Shown: one piece after another, positions 1-10,230 of the stretch
How the letters are laid out: each line of letters opens with the position of its first letter
Position numbering within the stretch: position 1 is the first letter of the stretch
Source: Candidatus Saccharimonadota bacterium
GTDB lineage: Bacteria; Patescibacteriota; Microgenomatia; UBA1406; GWC2-37-13
DNA: 32,000 nt
Direction of reading: 5' to 3'
Assembly: GCA_016700135.1 (NCBI GenBank)
Contig: CP065004.1
Span: 150,001-182,000, forward strand
Notes under the pieces: generated by a model
Seen by the model: only the letters and a program-made list of their open reading frames with translations
The model's database searches: none
Told to the model about the DNA's origin: nothing
Translations under genes and position numbers: made by a program

Positions 1-1
1 A

Positions 2-1177
2 CTAACAAGACAGCTTGATCCGAAAGAGCATTTTTCATCTCTTGCATTCAAAATCCAACTTGATCCTCATGTCGGTAAAATTACATATACCCGCATCTAC
101 TCAGGTGTTCTGAAATCGGGTTCATATGTATACAATGTCACTACAGGTAGAAAAGAACGAGTAAGCCGTCTTCTTCTTATGCACGCAAATCAGCGCGAAG
201 AAATCGAAGAAGCATATGCAGGAGAAATCGTCGCACTTGTCGGTCCGAAAGAAACAAAGACCGGCGACACATTGGCTGACGAAGATAATCCCGTCATTCT
301 TGAATCTATTACATTCCCTGAACCGGTTATTTCCCTTGCTATCGAACCGAAAACAAAATCCGATCAGGAAAAACTTTCCTATGCATTGCAGAGACTCTCA
401 GATGAGGATCCGACATTCCAGGTAAAAGTAAACCACGAAACAAATCAGACTATTATGTCAGGAATGGGAGAACTCCATTTGGAGATCCTTGTGGATCGTA
501 TGAAGCGGGAAATGGGCCTTCAGGCAAATATCGGAAGTCCTCAAGTCGCATATAAAGAAACGATCACACAACCTGCAGATGCGGAAGGGAAATATATAAA
601 ACAGACCGGAGGACACGGTCAATACGGACACTGTTTGCTGAAGCTTGAACCTCTCGGTCGCGGTGAGGGTTTTATCTTTGAAAATAATGTTAAAGGAGGA
701 GCAATTCCGTCTGAGTTTATTCCTTCAGTTGAAAAAGGTGTCAGATCGGCTCTTGATAAAGGTGTCCTTCTCGGATTCCCGATTACTGACTTGAAAGTTT
801 CACTCTATGACGGAAGCTATCATGATGTTGACTCATCGGATATCGCCTTCCAGATCGCAGGAACTATGGCATTGCAGGACGGTGTTGAAAAAGGAGGCGC
901 AACCCTTCTTGAGCCTATTATGAGACTTGAAATCACAGTCCCTGATGAGTTTATGGGCACTGCAATCGGCGACGTCTCAAGCAGAAGAGGAAAAGTCCTC
1001 GGAACGGAAAAACGAAATCGTGTTACTGTCATCAAGGCCTATGCCCCTCTTGCTGAACTTTCAGGATATGCGACCGTCCTTCGATCGCTTACTGAAGGTC
1101 GGGGAGTATTCTATATGGAACCTTCTCACTATGAGGAAGTCCCGAAGAATATCATCGCCTCAATGCAGAATAAATAA
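2..1177 (+). CDS. fusA: Elongation factor G, C-terminal ~391 aa (5' end upstream of window)
   Basis: Frame 2 is open from nt 2 ([40 protein letters not shown]...) and continuous with tracked ORF 179..1177. Typical EF-G domain II-V sequence is present ([32 protein letters not shown]). Confidence 0.95.
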   Translation, partial: LTRQLDPKEHFSSLAFKIQLDPHVGKITYTRIYSGVLKSGSYVYNVTTGRKERVSRLLLMHANQREEIEEAYAGEIVALVGPKETKTGDTLADEDNPVILESITFPEPVISLAIEPKTKSDQEKLSYALQRLSDEDPTFQVKVNHETNQTIMSGMGELHLEILVDRMKREMGLQANIGSPQVAYKETITQPADAEGKYIKQTGGHGQYGHCLLKLEPLGRGEGFIFENNVKGGAIPSEFIPSVEKGVRSALDKGVLLGFPITDLKVSLYDGSYHDVDSSDIAFQIAGTMALQDGVEKGGATLLEPIMRLEITVPDEFMGTAIGDVSSRRGKVLGTEKRNRVTVIKAYAPLAELSGYATVLRSLTEGRGVFYMEPSHYEEVPKNIIASMQNK

Positions 1178-1235
1178 GCCCTGTTTCATGCGGAAAGCTG
1201 TAGAATAAATGTATTGCCGTTTTTACGGAGGGTTT

Positions 1236-1895
1236 ATGAAAACACTTGTCATCTCTGATACACATCTCGATCTTCCCTTTGATGAAAAGAAATTTGCATT
1301 GCTTAGCCGTATCATCAATGATGCTGACCGTGTCATTATAAACGGTGATTTTTGGGAAGGCTTTCTCCTGACGTTTGATGAATTCTATGCTTCTGAATGG
1401 AGAAACTTGTTTCCGCTTCTTAAAGAAAAACAAGCTGTTTATATTTTCGGAAATCATGATGCTCAAGAATATAATGATCCGGAAAAAATTAAAGAGTTTT
1501 CCATCATCCAAACAGACAGATATTCTTTTCGGGAAAATGAATTTGTCTTTATCTTTGAACACGGCCACAGAATACTTCCTCTTGAGAAGACCAAGCCTGA
1601 TGTGACGGATCCGAAGTTTCACAAAATTGTCCGTAAGGTTGATGCTCTAGAAAGATTGTTCATTCGTTATTTCGGATCTTTTTATCAGGCACTTGTTTCA
1701 GGATTTAATACAGTTGTAAAAAAACGCATACAACATGAATTAAAGGATAATGAACTCTTTTTTTGCGGCCACACTCATATTCATGAGATAAATCATAAAA
1801 AACGTTTCTACAACACGGGAATAATAAAGCACGGTTTAGCACAGTACATCTACATTGAAAACGGAGAAATTATTCCCAGAAAAGAAAGATATTAA
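1236..1895 (+). CDS. Calcineurin-like metallophosphoesterase
   Basis: Motifs ISDTHLD, GDFWEG, GNHD, GHTH. GGAGGG Shine-Dalgarno 4 nt before ATG 1236, so the tracked start at 1209 is probably too far upstream. Confidence 0.8.
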   Translation: MKTLVISDTHLDLPFDEKKFALLSRIINDADRVIINGDFWEGFLLTFDEFYASEWRNLFPLLKEKQAVYIFGNHDAQEYNDPEKIKEFSIIQTDRYSFRENEFVFIFEHGHRILPLEKTKPDVTDPKFHKIVRKVDALERLFIRYFGSFYQALVSGFNTVVKKRIQHELKDNELFFCGHTHIHEINHKKRFYNTGIIKHGLAQYIYIENGEIIPRKERY

Positions 1896-1898
1896 AAA

Positions 1899-2555
1899 CT
1901 ATTCTTGCGGATAAATACGCTCTTCACGAAGTGCGATAACCAGAGGACATTGCTCATGATCATGTTTCTTGGCTGGACAATATTTACGGCCATAATCAAT
2001 CATTCTTAAAGTAAACTCCGTCCATTCTGCTTTTGGCAGAATCGCCGTCAGATCCTTTTCAATTTTCTCCGGGTCTGACTCGTTTGTCAGTCCGTATACG
2101 TTCGACAGTCTTCGCACATGCGTGTCAACAGCTACACCCTCCACTATTCCAAAAGCATTTCCAAGAACGACATTGGCTGTCTTCCGCGCTACTCCGGGAA
2201 GCGTCATCATCTCCTCCATCGTTTGCGGGATGGAGTCATGGTATTTTTCATGCACAATTTTTGCCGTAGCCAGGACGTTTTTAGCTTTATTTTTGTAGAA
2301 ACCGGTCGATTTTATATCCTGCTCGAATTCGGTAATGTTTGCTTTTGCATAGCTTTCGATTGTCGGATATTTCTTAAATAACTTTTCAGTCACAATATTC
2401 ACCCGAGCATCCGTGCACTGAGCTGAAAGGATCACGGCTACCAAAAATTCCCAAGGGGTTGAATAGTTAAGAGCAGACTTTGTCTGAGGAAACAGTGATT
2501 TTAATGTTTTAACTATTACTGTTGCCCGTTTCCCTTTCAGTTCAAGATCATTCAT
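1899..2555 (-). CDS. nth: Endonuclease III-like HhH-GPD DNA glycosylase/lyase
   Basis: HhH motif LPGVARKTANVVL with the catalytic Lys, and VDTHV with the catalytic Asp. The C-terminus has only 2 Cys (CPAKKHDHEQCP) instead of the C-x6-C-x2-C-x5-C cluster motif. Confidence 0.85.
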   Translation of the reverse strand: MNDLELKGKRATVIVKTLKSLFPQTKSALNYSTPWEFLVAVILSAQCTDARVNIVTEKLFKKYPTIESYAKANITEFEQDIKSTGFYKNKAKNVLATAKIVHEKYHDSIPQTMEEMMTLPGVARKTANVVLGNAFGIVEGVAVDTHVRRLSNVYGLTNESDPEKIEKDLTAILPKAEWTEFTLRMIDYGRKYCPAKKHDHEQCPLVIALREERIYPQE

Positions 2556-2558
2556 ATG

Positions 2559-3380
2559 CTATGTAGTAACTTTGTATTCACCGTTTTTCTCTGCAATAAT
2601 TCCTTCAGAGGTCAACTGCTTGAGCACATTATACAATCGTGCTTTTTCAAATCCCAATCTTTTTTCAAGAAGTTCTCTTTCTGCCGACCCTTCATTCAAT
2701 AAATAACGCAATACGGCGCCGCGCACTTGCCTGTTCGAACCTTCAAACTTACTTTGCTTTGAATAATGCTTACTTTTCCAGTTCGGATTGGGAACGGTTC
2801 TTCCTAAATAGGTCCCGTAATCCATAAGTGCATAAAACCAGTCCCTCGGATTTTTTTTGTCAAGCGTTTCCCGAACAAGCGGCATAATGTCTCTATCTGA
2901 TACTTCTTTTTTGTCACTGAAGAAATGATGAATATAAACACGTCTGACATTGGTTTCTATAAACGGTTCAGCAATATTATACGAATAAACGACAATAGAC
3001 CGTGCAGTCGCAGGTCCGATACCGGGAAACTCTTCCAAAACTCCAGGATCTCTCGGTACGATAGAGTCATATTTTTCGACAATTATTTTTGCAATTTCTC
3101 TGAGATACTTTCCCCTTCTGTTGTACCCCATCCCCTGCCATTCACGAAGCACTTTTTCAAGAGGAGCCGAGGCTAGTGATTTAAAATCGGGAAACACTTC
3201 TAAAAAATGAGGGAACTTTTCTGCAACTCTCGAAACCTGAGTTTGCTGCAGCATTATTTCTGAAACAACAACCCAGTATGGATTTATATACTCACGCCAT
3301 ATGAGATCACGTTTATTTTCCCGATAAAAATCCCTGACCTTTGCTTGGAAAGATTTATTACTTCGGAGACTGTTGGACAT
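2559..3380 (-). CDS. MutY/EndoIII-family HhH-GPD glycosylase with C-terminal winged-helix-like tail
   Basis: EIMLQQTQV (MutY-type catalytic Glu region), [12 protein letters not shown] hairpin, ETNVRRV. No Cys ligands and no NUDIX-like domain. C-terminus [23 protein letters not shown] looks like a wHTH. Confidence 0.75.
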   Translation of the reverse strand: MSNSLRSNKSFQAKVRDFYRENKRDLIWREYINPYWVVVSEIMLQQTQVSRVAEKFPHFLEVFPDFKSLASAPLEKVLREWQGMGYNRRGKYLREIAKIIVEKYDSIVPRDPGVLEEFPGIGPATARSIVVYSYNIAEPFIETNVRRVYIHHFFSDKKEVSDRDIMPLVRETLDKKNPRDWFYALMDYGTYLGRTVPNPNWKSKHYSKQSKFEGSNRQVRGAVLRYLLNEGSAERELLEKRLGFEKARLYNVLKQLTSEGIIAEKNGEYKVTT

Positions 3381-5685
3381 CTTCTTGCTGTTGCACTTTC
3401 AATAATCGTTTTTCCTTAAAAAGAAATATAGCAATATCTGCAAGTCCGACAATAACCGTCATCACAATAAACGGCAATGCACTTTCAAAACCGCGGAATA
3501 ATACGAAAAGTATTGATACTGTGACGTTCATGAGAGACCATATTCCCATAAATAATTCAAATAATTCTCTTTCAAAGTCTTTCAGTAATTGACCGAGACG
3601 CGAGTGTATTTTGTTTACCACTCCGATCCGGCCCAACCCAAAAAGCATCAGTATTGCCAGCATTAGAAGTTGTATCAGCAATCCGAAAGCAAAGAGAAGT
3701 TGAGTTGAAAAGTAGCTGCCGATATCTGAAAAAAGCGTTTGGTACACAATTGCAACCGCGAATTTCAGATATTCAATTGTGTTTGCAAATGAAAATTGTG
3801 ACTCCATCGTGATTTTCGGATAATTCTGTGTTTCTTCCCCGAGATGAAATTCCTGTGTCGTATTCGCATAGCCGATTGCACGAGTTGTAATCCGATATTT
3901 TCCGAGAGGTAAGGCAATATTCAATAACCCTTCGTGATCGGTATAGAAGGGTTGGAAAAGTCCTCTTCCGGTGTTGAGAAAGGAAAAAGCTGAGTTGAAA
4001 GGATAATACTGTTTACGGGATTCTTCATAGCGTTCGACCTGAACAAATGTCGCTTCAATCGGTTTTTCTTTTCCGTCTACAACTTTAAGCGGTTTTGATA
4101 CCAGGAATGAATAAGGAGTCACTGTTTTTGAATATTTACCGAAATTATCGGTAATTTCAAGCGTAAAGAAATAATTGTCCAGAATATCCGGCGTTGCGAT
4201 TTCGGCTGAAAAAGTATCCGGTGCTACTTCAGTGAACTGTACCTGCTGCACATTGTTCTGAGCAATTGTCGAGACACCTAAGACCGATCTGCTGACAAAT
4301 GTTCCTTTTAATGTTTTGATATTTTCCGGATTATCCATTTCGACTGCAATAACTACCGGCAAATCATTCGGAACCACCAGCCGTCTGGAAGTTTTTGCAT
4401 TGAGCTGCAAACTATTCCAAAGAGTACGGGTAGACAAAACCCGATAGCTCGTCCCTTCCTTGGCTGTCTTGAAAATAAAAATATCTGATTCTATGGTTTT
4501 ATTCAGTAACTTATTTGTTGCAAAAATTTTGAAACAATACGCTGTATCAGGTGTCAAGTTTTCAAATACAATTTCATGATATCTTGCATTTTCATCGAGT
4601 ACTAATTCCTGTGTAAACTCATCAGCTGAGCAAAGATCATATCTCACAAGGACAGTAGCATCGAGTGAGGTGGTTGATGTGAAGATCGCATTATCCTCTC
4701 CTACGTGCTCTACAGATACTTTTTCAAATTTAAACTCTTTAAATGTCGGTTTTGGAGTAGGAAGCACAGAAAGAACCGGAGTTATGGAACCTTTTGGTGT
4801 CGGTGTTGCCGAAGGCCCAGGAGTCGGAGTCGGACCGGTAGGGGTGGCAGACGGCGTTGGGGTTCTCGTAACGGTTGGAGTATTCGTAATTGTCGGTGTA
4901 TTTGTGAGGGTCGGACCTGTGGGTGAAGGAGTAATTGTGGGTTCAGTCGGTGTCGGAGTTTCAGTCGGACCGGTAGGTGTCGGGGAATGGGTAATTGTCG
5001 GTTCAGTCGGTGTCGGAGTCTCAGTCGGACCGGTAGGTGTCGGGGAATGGGTAATTGTCGGTTCAGTCGGTGTCGGACTTTCTGTCGAATCGGTCGGTGT
5101 GGGCGTCGGAGAATCAGAAGGTGTCGGAGTCAGATTCGGATCAACGTACAACAAATACTCAACCTGCGGATGCACTGCATTTTGATAGGTTGCATCCGCA
5201 TTGGTGTATACAAGAATTCTGTTTGTAGTAAGAAAAGATGACTTTACCTGCAGGTCAAAACTCACTTCATGGTAAGTACCGTTGTTGTCTACTCTGTCAA
5301 TTTCCCAGGTTATAGTTCTGTTTAGCAGATCAACAACCGGCTCTGTTCCGGAATCACTAAAAGTAGCTGAACCGATGACATAATCATAAACCTCCACGTA
5401 GTTTGATCCGCTTCCTTCAATAAGACCCTCTTCCCACGAGGCAACAAGTGTCATAGGAAACCCCGTAGTTGGAGCTACTGAGTACTGGATTGTAAAGGTA
5501 ACAACTTCTGTCGGGTAAATCTCTCCCCCTTCAGGTTTCGAGGCCGTAACAACAACACTAAAATCGTTGACGGTCGGATCTATCGCTGCGGTCACATCCA
5601 ATTCATGTTCAACCGCGGAATTCTGCCTGACAATAAACAGACTTAGAAGAGTGATGATGGTCAAAACGGAAATGAAGCGCTTCAT
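3358..5685 (-). CDS. Large secreted/surface protein with a PT-rich repeat linker, Fn3-like and carboxypeptidase-regulatory-like domains, and a C-terminal multi-TM anchor
   Basis: Signal peptide [24 protein letters not shown]. ~110-aa Pro/Thr linker with [20 protein letters not shown] x3. [16 protein letters not shown] (Fn3-like). [19 protein letters not shown] (CarboxypepD_reg-like). Hydrophobic C-terminal ~130 aa with about 4 TM helices. Confidence 0.8.
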   Translation of the reverse strand: MKRFISVLTIITLLSLFIVRQNSAVEHELDVTAAIDPTVNDFSVVVTASKPEGGEIYPTEVVTFTIQYSVAPTTGFPMTLVASWEEGLIEGSGSNYVEVYDYVIGSATFSDSGTEPVVDLLNRTITWEIDRVDNNGTYHEVSFDLQVKSSFLTTNRILVYTNADATYQNAVHPQVEYLLYVDPNLTPTPSDSPTPTPTDSTESPTPTEPTITHSPTPTGPTETPTPTEPTITHSPTPTGPTETPTPTEPTITPSPTGPTLTNTPTITNTPTVTRTPTPSATPTGPTPTPGPSATPTPKGSITPVLSVLPTPKPTFKEFKFEKVSVEHVGEDNAIFTSTTSLDATVLVRYDLCSADEFTQELVLDENARYHEIVFENLTPDTAYCFKIFATNKLLNKTIESDIFIFKTAKEGTSYRVLSTRTLWNSLQLNAKTSRRLVVPNDLPVVIAVEMDNPENIKTLKGTFVSRSVLGVSTIAQNNVQQVQFTEVAPDTFSAEIATPDILDNYFFTLEITDNFGKYSKTVTPYSFLVSKPLKVVDGKEKPIEATFVQVERYEESRKQYYPFNSAFSFLNTGRGLFQPFYTDHEGLLNIALPLGKYRITTRAIGYANTTQEFHLGEETQNYPKITMESQFSFANTIEYLKFAVAIVYQTLFSDIGSYFSTQLLFAFGLLIQLLMLAILMLFGLGRIGVVNKIHSRLGQLLKDFERELFELFMGIWSLMNVTVSILFVLFRGFESALPFIVMTVIVGLADIAIFLFKEKRLLKVQQQEDVQQSPK
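4921..5100. repeat. 60-bp tandem repeat x3, in frame, coding for the PT linker
   Basis: Lines 4921, 4981 and 5041 align at period 60. Copies 2 and 3 are identical over about the first 38 nt (cggggaatgggtaattgtcggttcagtcggtgtcgga) and diverge after that. Confidence 0.9.
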
Positions 5686-5707
5686 ACTTCTTCTATTGTA
5701 CTAGAAT

Positions 5708-6874
5708 TTACCGTTCAAAAATGACTAATTCCTCTTCAGCACGCGTCACTCCTGTATACAACCATCGTCGCCATTCATCATCGTTCATTTTTCCGAAACG
5801 CTCTTCAAAGAGAACAACTTTTCGTGCCTGGCTTCCCTGTGCTTTGTGGACTGTCAGAGCATAACCGAAATCAAATAAATCTCCGATCATTATTTGTGAT
5901 CGTTCTTTCGTAAAGTTCAGTGCCGAATCGTGCCCGAATTGTTTGGATGAAATGAGACCTAAATACGGCTCATCTTCACCGTCCATTGAAATTTCTGCTC
6001 TATACCAGTCACTATTTTCTTCCTGAATGTCCCGAATGGTACCGATCATTCCGTTAAATATTCCTTTTTTATGATTATTTCGAAGGCAAATAACCCTATC
6101 TCCGACAGTCGGTTTGACTGTCTCAAATCCCAGTGCCTGTCTTATATGAGAATTTAGCCGTTTTCTCGTATGATTGTAACCGCAAAGAATAAGTGTATCT
6201 TCACTGTAGTTTTGCAGTAACTCGTTCATTTCCAGATATGCATCAGGATCTTCTTCCCCGTACTTCACAACACCTCCTCCGTATTGTCCCGGACGAATAT
6301 ACCCGTGTTCCCGTGCTTGAATAGAAATTCCGATAATCGGATTTTTCTCCGCCTGCCTGTGAATGTGTTCAAGAAGAATATCTGGTTTGTCCATAAGGTT
6401 AAATGATCCACGGATAGGCGGTAACTGGCCATGATCCCCAACCGCCAGAATGGGTACTTTATAGGACAATAAATGTTTCCAGATAACACCATCTACCATT
6501 GAAGCTTCATCGACTATGATGAGCTTTCGATCAATTTCCTCTTTCTGTTGCCATCCGATGATCTCTTCTTTCTCATTAACAACTGGTGAATAAATCAGTG
6601 AATGGATTGTACCGACTGTATCCTGTTTATATTTCACATCTTCATCTAGAAGTTTGCCGTGTAGTACTCGTGCCGCTTTCCCAGTATAAGACACAAAACC
6701 TACTTTTAATTTCGGATCCAGACTATCAAGCTGACGACGGAGATGTGCAAGGAGAGTCGATTTACCGGTTCCGGCATATCCTCCAAGTGTGATAAAACTT
6801 TTTTTATTCGGATCTTTATACCATGAAAGGATTAGATCAAGTGCCTGCTTTTGATCAGAGGAAAGAGTAATCAT
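5708..6874 (-). CDS. SF1 RecD/Pif1/Dda-like ATP-dependent DNA helicase
   Basis: Walker A GGYAGTGKST, Walker B IIVDEASMV, motif III AVGDHGQLPPI, motif V/VI LTVHKAQGSQARKVVL. Confidence 0.85.
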   Translation of the reverse strand: MITLSSDQKQALDLILSWYKDPNKKSFITLGGYAGTGKSTLLAHLRRQLDSLDPKLKVGFVSYTGKAARVLHGKLLDEDVKYKQDTVGTIHSLIYSPVVNEKEEIIGWQQKEEIDRKLIIVDEASMVDGVIWKHLLSYKVPILAVGDHGQLPPIRGSFNLMDKPDILLEHIHRQAEKNPIIGISIQAREHGYIRPGQYGGGVVKYGEEDPDAYLEMNELLQNYSEDTLILCGYNHTRKRLNSHIRQALGFETVKPTVGDRVICLRNNHKKGIFNGMIGTIRDIQEENSDWYRAEISMDGEDEPYLGLISSKQFGHDSALNFTKERSQIMIGDLFDFGYALTVHKAQGSQARKVVLFEERFGKMNDDEWRRWLYTGVTRAEEELVIFER

Positions 6875-6904
6875 AGGTGATTATTGTACTCTTCTTTCCT
6901 TTGG

Positions 6905-7678
6905 TTATCCATTCAGGAACAGTATGCTTAATGCAGCTAATATCATACCGAGTGATATTCCTGCAATTGGCACATGCTTCAAATCACACTTAAAACAAAC
7001 CGGTAGCAACTCATCAAAACTAATATATACCATTACTCCAGCTACTACTGCAAATAACGCATATACCAGATCTGTTTCAAGATACGGTCTTAGGATGAAA
7101 TAGGCAAAAAGGCCACCGATTGGTTCAATAATTCCTGCCAGAAAACCGTATTTCAAAGCCGTCATTTTGCTTTTTGTAGCAGCCAGGATCGGAACGGCAA
7201 TTGCAATTCCTTCAGGAATGTTGTGCAGCGTTATCGCAAGGGCTAAAACAGCGCCGAATTCGATATTAACATATGACCCCATAAAAACAGTCACGCCTTC
7301 AGGAAAATTATGCAGAGCAAGACCGATTGCAACCATAACACCTGTTGAGTAAAGTCTATTATCACACCGTTCTTTTTGACAATTTGTATTAAAGAGCAAG
7401 GAATGAGGAAAAAAACGATCTACTATAGCCATAAATAATATTCCCGAAAAGAATAGTAGGTTTCCAAAAGCAAAACCGATATGTTGAATACTTTCCGGAA
7501 GAAGTTCAATGAATGACAAATACAGCATCACACCTGCCGAGAGCCCAAGAAAGAAATGAAGGGTGTTGTTTGATATATTCCGATACAGGAATAGGAATCC
7601 GGCGCCTGCTGTCGTAGACAGACCGGCAATAAGAGATAGAGAAAAAGGAAGAAAAAAATCCATGCATGCATTATACAA
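6905..7678 (-). CDS. zupT: ZIP-family divalent metal (zinc) transporter
   Basis: Polytopic membrane protein with the paired ZIP signatures HNFPEGV and HNIPEGIA. Confidence 0.9.
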   Translation of the reverse strand: MYNACMDFFLPFSLSLIAGLSTTAGAGFLFLYRNISNNTLHFFLGLSAGVMLYLSFIELLPESIQHIGFAFGNLLFFSGILFMAIVDRFFPHSLLFNTNCQKERCDNRLYSTGVMVAIGLALHNFPEGVTVFMGSYVNIEFGAVLALAITLHNIPEGIAIAVPILAATKSKMTALKYGFLAGIIEPIGGLFAYFILRPYLETDLVYALFAVVAGVMVYISFDELLPVCFKCDLKHVPIAGISLGMILAALSILFLNG

Positions 7679-7687
7679 TCAAATTCC

Positions 7688-7939
7688 TTATGATCCTGCT
7701 TCCTGCTCCATGTTCTTAAGCCTCGTGTAGTAGTCAGGAATTTCTTTCAAATGAGCCCAGGCAATTTTTCCTGTCATCTGGAGATCATCGTTTGTGACAT
7801 TCGTTTCTTTGTCATGCAATCCATGCTCCATCTCTACTTCAAGTCCCATTCGGAACTGTTCCAAATCATAGGTATTCCAATCCATGCCGAGTCTGTCTCC
7901 GATGTCTTTAGCCTGTATTGCCGTAAATATTTGTGTCAT
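7688..7939 (-). CDS. Small conserved hypothetical protein (83 aa)
   Basis: Acidic soluble protein (GLEVEMEHG...TNVTNDD...AWAHLKEIPDYYTRL). Its start overlaps the SDR stop in an ATGA (7936-7939), implying translational coupling. Confidence 0.6.
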   Translation of the reverse strand: MTQIFTAIQAKDIGDRLGMDWNTYDLEQFRMGLEVEMEHGLHDKETNVTNDDLQMTGKIAWAHLKEIPDYYTRLKNMEQEAGS

Positions 7940-8676
7940 TTCTGTTCACCTTCCTTTTTGCCTATAAATTTTCTTACTTCAAAGTGATCTATTACTACAT
8001 CTTCCGGCTGTTCAAGAACGAATACTACAATGTTAGCGATATCTTTGGTGTTCATTGACAGTTCTGCCGAAGACGGCATATCGATTCCGGCAGCTTTCAA
8101 AATATTGGTAGCCATTCCTCCCGGATAGAATCCCATGATTTTGATACCATTACCCGTTAATTCTTCTTTCAGCGTTTCGGTAAATCCATGAAGAGCATGT
8201 TTTGTTGCCGTATAAATAATTCCGTAAGCGTCTTTTGTCTCAACACCCGCAATTGACATAACATTCAGTATTTGTCCTGCAGATTGTTGTTTCATGACAG
8301 GGACAATCGCGCGTGTCATATAAATGGTTCCGAGAGTATTTGTTGCAAAAAGGGCACCGATTTTCTCAACTGAATAGCTTTCAATCGGGCCCGCTGCCCA
8401 GATACCGGCATTGTTGATGAGAATATCAATCCTCCCGAATTGCTGTTTCAAAGCACTGACTGTTGTCGCAACCTGTGCGGCATCACTGACATCGCAGAGA
8501 TAATACTCTGCTTCTGCACCCAGACTTTCACATTCCGTTTTAACTTCTTTTAACTTATCTTCTGATCTCGCAAGAATCGCTATTTTTGCATGCTCTTCTG
8601 CACATTTAAGAGCAATTGATTTCCCAAGTCCGTCACTTGCACCGGTAATGACGACGACTTTCCCTTCGATACTCAT
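7936..8676 (-). CDS. Short-chain dehydrogenase/reductase (SDR)
   Basis: TGASDGLGKS Rossmann motif, NNAG, and YTATKHA (YxxxK). The start is set at MSIEGKVVVITG (cat at 8674-8676), because the tracked 41-aa N-terminal extension is not SDR-like. Confidence 0.85.
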   Translation of the reverse strand: MSIEGKVVVITGASDGLGKSIALKCAEEHAKIAILARSEDKLKEVKTECESLGAEAEYYLCDVSDAAQVATTVSALKQQFGRIDILINNAGIWAAGPIESYSVEKIGALFATNTLGTIYMTRAIVPVMKQQSAGQILNVMSIAGVETKDAYGIIYTATKHALHGFTETLKEELTGNGIKIMGFYPGGMATNILKAAGIDMPSSAELSMNTKDIANIVVFVLEQPEDVVIDHFEVRKFIGKKEGEQK

Positions 8677-8759
8677 AAACTGTAAGAAATGGTAATAATT
8701 CATTGTATACCTGTTAGGACGGGAAGTAAATGAGCAGCTCATGATAATTCGTCTTGACC

Positions 8760-8768
8760 TGATAGAAT
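8760..8768 (+). promoter_or_regulatory. Extended -10 promoter (TGaTAGAAT) 7 nt upstream of ATG 8776
   Basis: tg(8760-61) a tagaat(8763-68), then aaaaact, then ATG. No Shine-Dalgarno, so the geometry fits a leaderless mRNA. Confidence 0.4.
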
Positions 8769-8775
8769 AAAAACT

Positions 8776-9468
8776 ATGAGCGAAGCAGATAATCCCCACT
8801 TACCCTTTACAAGAGGTAGGAAAGTCGGAAGCGGAGAAACGAGAGATATCTACGATCACCCTGAGGGTTCTGTTGTAACAAAAATATATAAAGAAAAAGA
8901 TGCGACGCCACAAAACTATACGGAAGTAGAACTGGATGATCTTATTCAGCAAGTCGGAGCCGATAAGGCACAAATTGAGTTTGTCCGGAATGAATTGGTA
9001 CAACGGGGAGGACATGCGGAAACGGTGCCGGAAAGCGGATTTGCTATTCATCAATCATCTCATGGCGGATTAACTTTTTCTGAAGCACAGGGAAAGGTGA
9101 CAGGCAAGACACTTCAAGAAAACAGCGGAGCTGTCTGGAATTTACCCGGAGAATCACTGGACGAGCTTATACATATATTTGAACTTAATAACAATCTTCT
9201 TCAAAAGGGCCAAGCACTGGATATTGTGGGAGGGACTGATAAACAAGGTTCAAATACTTCAAAAGCTATCGCCCGTTTGTTGCCGCTCTTTTTTTCGAGA
9301 AATATTATGATAGACGATAATCAGAACGTGAAATATGTTGATCCAAAAGTTTTTACTCGAGACTATCTTCAATCACCCGAAAGCGGTGGAGCTGTAAATA
9401 AAATTATATCCCGAATCGGCTCAGAAACCAGTGTTTTGTTTCTGAAGGCGTTGAGATTGTTTAAATGA
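8776..9468 (+). CDS. Hypothetical protein with a weak protein-kinase-like pattern
   Basis: VGSGETRDIYDHPEGSVVTKIYKE resembles a Gly-rich loop plus VxK. NIMIDDNQNVKYVDP resembles a catalytic/DFG region, but the HxD is absent (FFSRNIMID). Confidence 0.55.
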   Translation: MSEADNPHLPFTRGRKVGSGETRDIYDHPEGSVVTKIYKEKDATPQNYTEVELDDLIQQVGADKAQIEFVRNELVQRGGHAETVPESGFAIHQSSHGGLTFSEAQGKVTGKTLQENSGAVWNLPGESLDELIHIFELNNNLLQKGQALDIVGGTDKQGSNTSKAIARLLPLFFSRNIMIDDNQNVKYVDPKVFTRDYLQSPESGGAVNKIISRIGSETSVLFLKALRLFK

Positions 9469-9591
9469 ACAAATGCCGATTCTTTGGAAAGTCATACAAG
9501 CAGTAATCAGCTTTTTCACGTGGTAAGATATTACGCAGGCGAATTATCTTATTTGCCTCCATTTTTTCCCTGTTTACAATATTAAATTATT

Positions 9592-10044
9592 ATGAACATT
9601 GCGATCGCCTATGCCAGTATGTACGGAACTACCACATCCGTCGCACAGGAACTGAAACAATATCTTAAACAAAAAAACATTGCAGTTGATCTATTGGATG
9701 TCATGGAGACAAATCCTGATAACCTCACATCATATGATTTAATTTTCTTCGGAGTATCAACATACGGTGACGGGGAGTTAAATCCGGTAGCAGAAGACTT
9801 TTTTGCAAAGACCAAGGAGATTGCTCATACCTGCAATCATACGAAATTTGCAATTTTTGCACTAGGCGATAAAGCATATCCTCAATTTGCTAAAAGCGGT
9901 GAATTGACACAAGAAATTCTCGAATCTATGAATGCTCAGGTCATTACCCCTATCCTGACAATTGAAGCAAGCCCGTTTGATGAAGCTATTCGAAAGACAA
10001 AAACCTGGGCAGACGAAATAATAAGCCAAGTAACCCCAATTTGA
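9592..10044 (+). CDS. Short-chain flavodoxin
   Basis: 150 aa. N-terminal FMN phosphate loop IAYASMYGTTT, acidic alpha/beta pattern, FFGVSTYGDGE. Confidence 0.85.
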   Translation: MNIAIAYASMYGTTTSVAQELKQYLKQKNIAVDLLDVMETNPDNLTSYDLIFFGVSTYGDGELNPVAEDFFAKTKEIAHTCNHTKFAIFALGDKAYPQFAKSGELTQEILESMNAQVITPILTIEASPFDEAIRKTKTWADEIISQVTPI

Positions 10045-10148
10045 GATATCACCTAAGTGAAACTGCGGAGCATACGGGTCTGGAACCAGTGTGTCCCATA
10101 GCCACTTACACCTTTCAGAGGTAATTGTACAAGAAATGGGACAAATCG

Positions 10149-10177
10149 GACACTATAAAAAAGGAGTGTCTTGTTTT
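10149..10177 (+). terminator. Weak intrinsic terminator after flavodoxin
   Basis: gacact(10149-54)/agtgtc(10165-70) stem with a 10-nt loop, followed by ttgtttt. Confidence 0.35.
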
Positions 10178-10192
10178 GATGAAACAAAACTA

Positions 10193-10221
10193 TTGACAAT
10201 AAATTAGCAGTCTGATAATAT
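10193..10221 (+). promoter_or_regulatory. Sigma70-type promoter of hsp20
   Basis: TTGACA (10193-98), 17-nt spacer, TAATAT (10216-21), with the extended -10 TG at 10213-14. Confidence 0.65.
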
Positions 10222-10230
10222 GATTGCTAA
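10204..10230. promoter_or_regulatory. CIRCE-like inverted repeat (putative HrcA operator)
   Basis: TTAGCAGTC-N9-GATTGCTAA versus the CIRCE consensus TTAGCACTC-N9-GAGTGCTAA (8/9 + 8/9). It overlaps the -10 box. Confidence 0.65.

Noticed and set aside
4921-5100. Possible CRISPR-like periodic repeats (also 25885-26064)
   Set aside because: The units are directly adjacent, with no spacers. They are in frame and encode repeated peptides inside long CDSs. No cas genes are present in the window.
4670-5185. 171-aa Gly/Val-rich + strand ORF, plus 4705..4926 and 4987..5241
   Set aside because: These are antisense or alternate-frame translations of the Pro/Thr repeat of the minus-strand surface protein. 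They are compositional artefacts.
8677-8799. N-terminal extensions in the ORF track (also 1209-1235, 18132-18275, 26179-26256, 26212-26232)
   Set aside because: The extended residues are not family-like. Better starts exist, supported by SD sequences, promoter geometry, signal peptides or domain boundaries.
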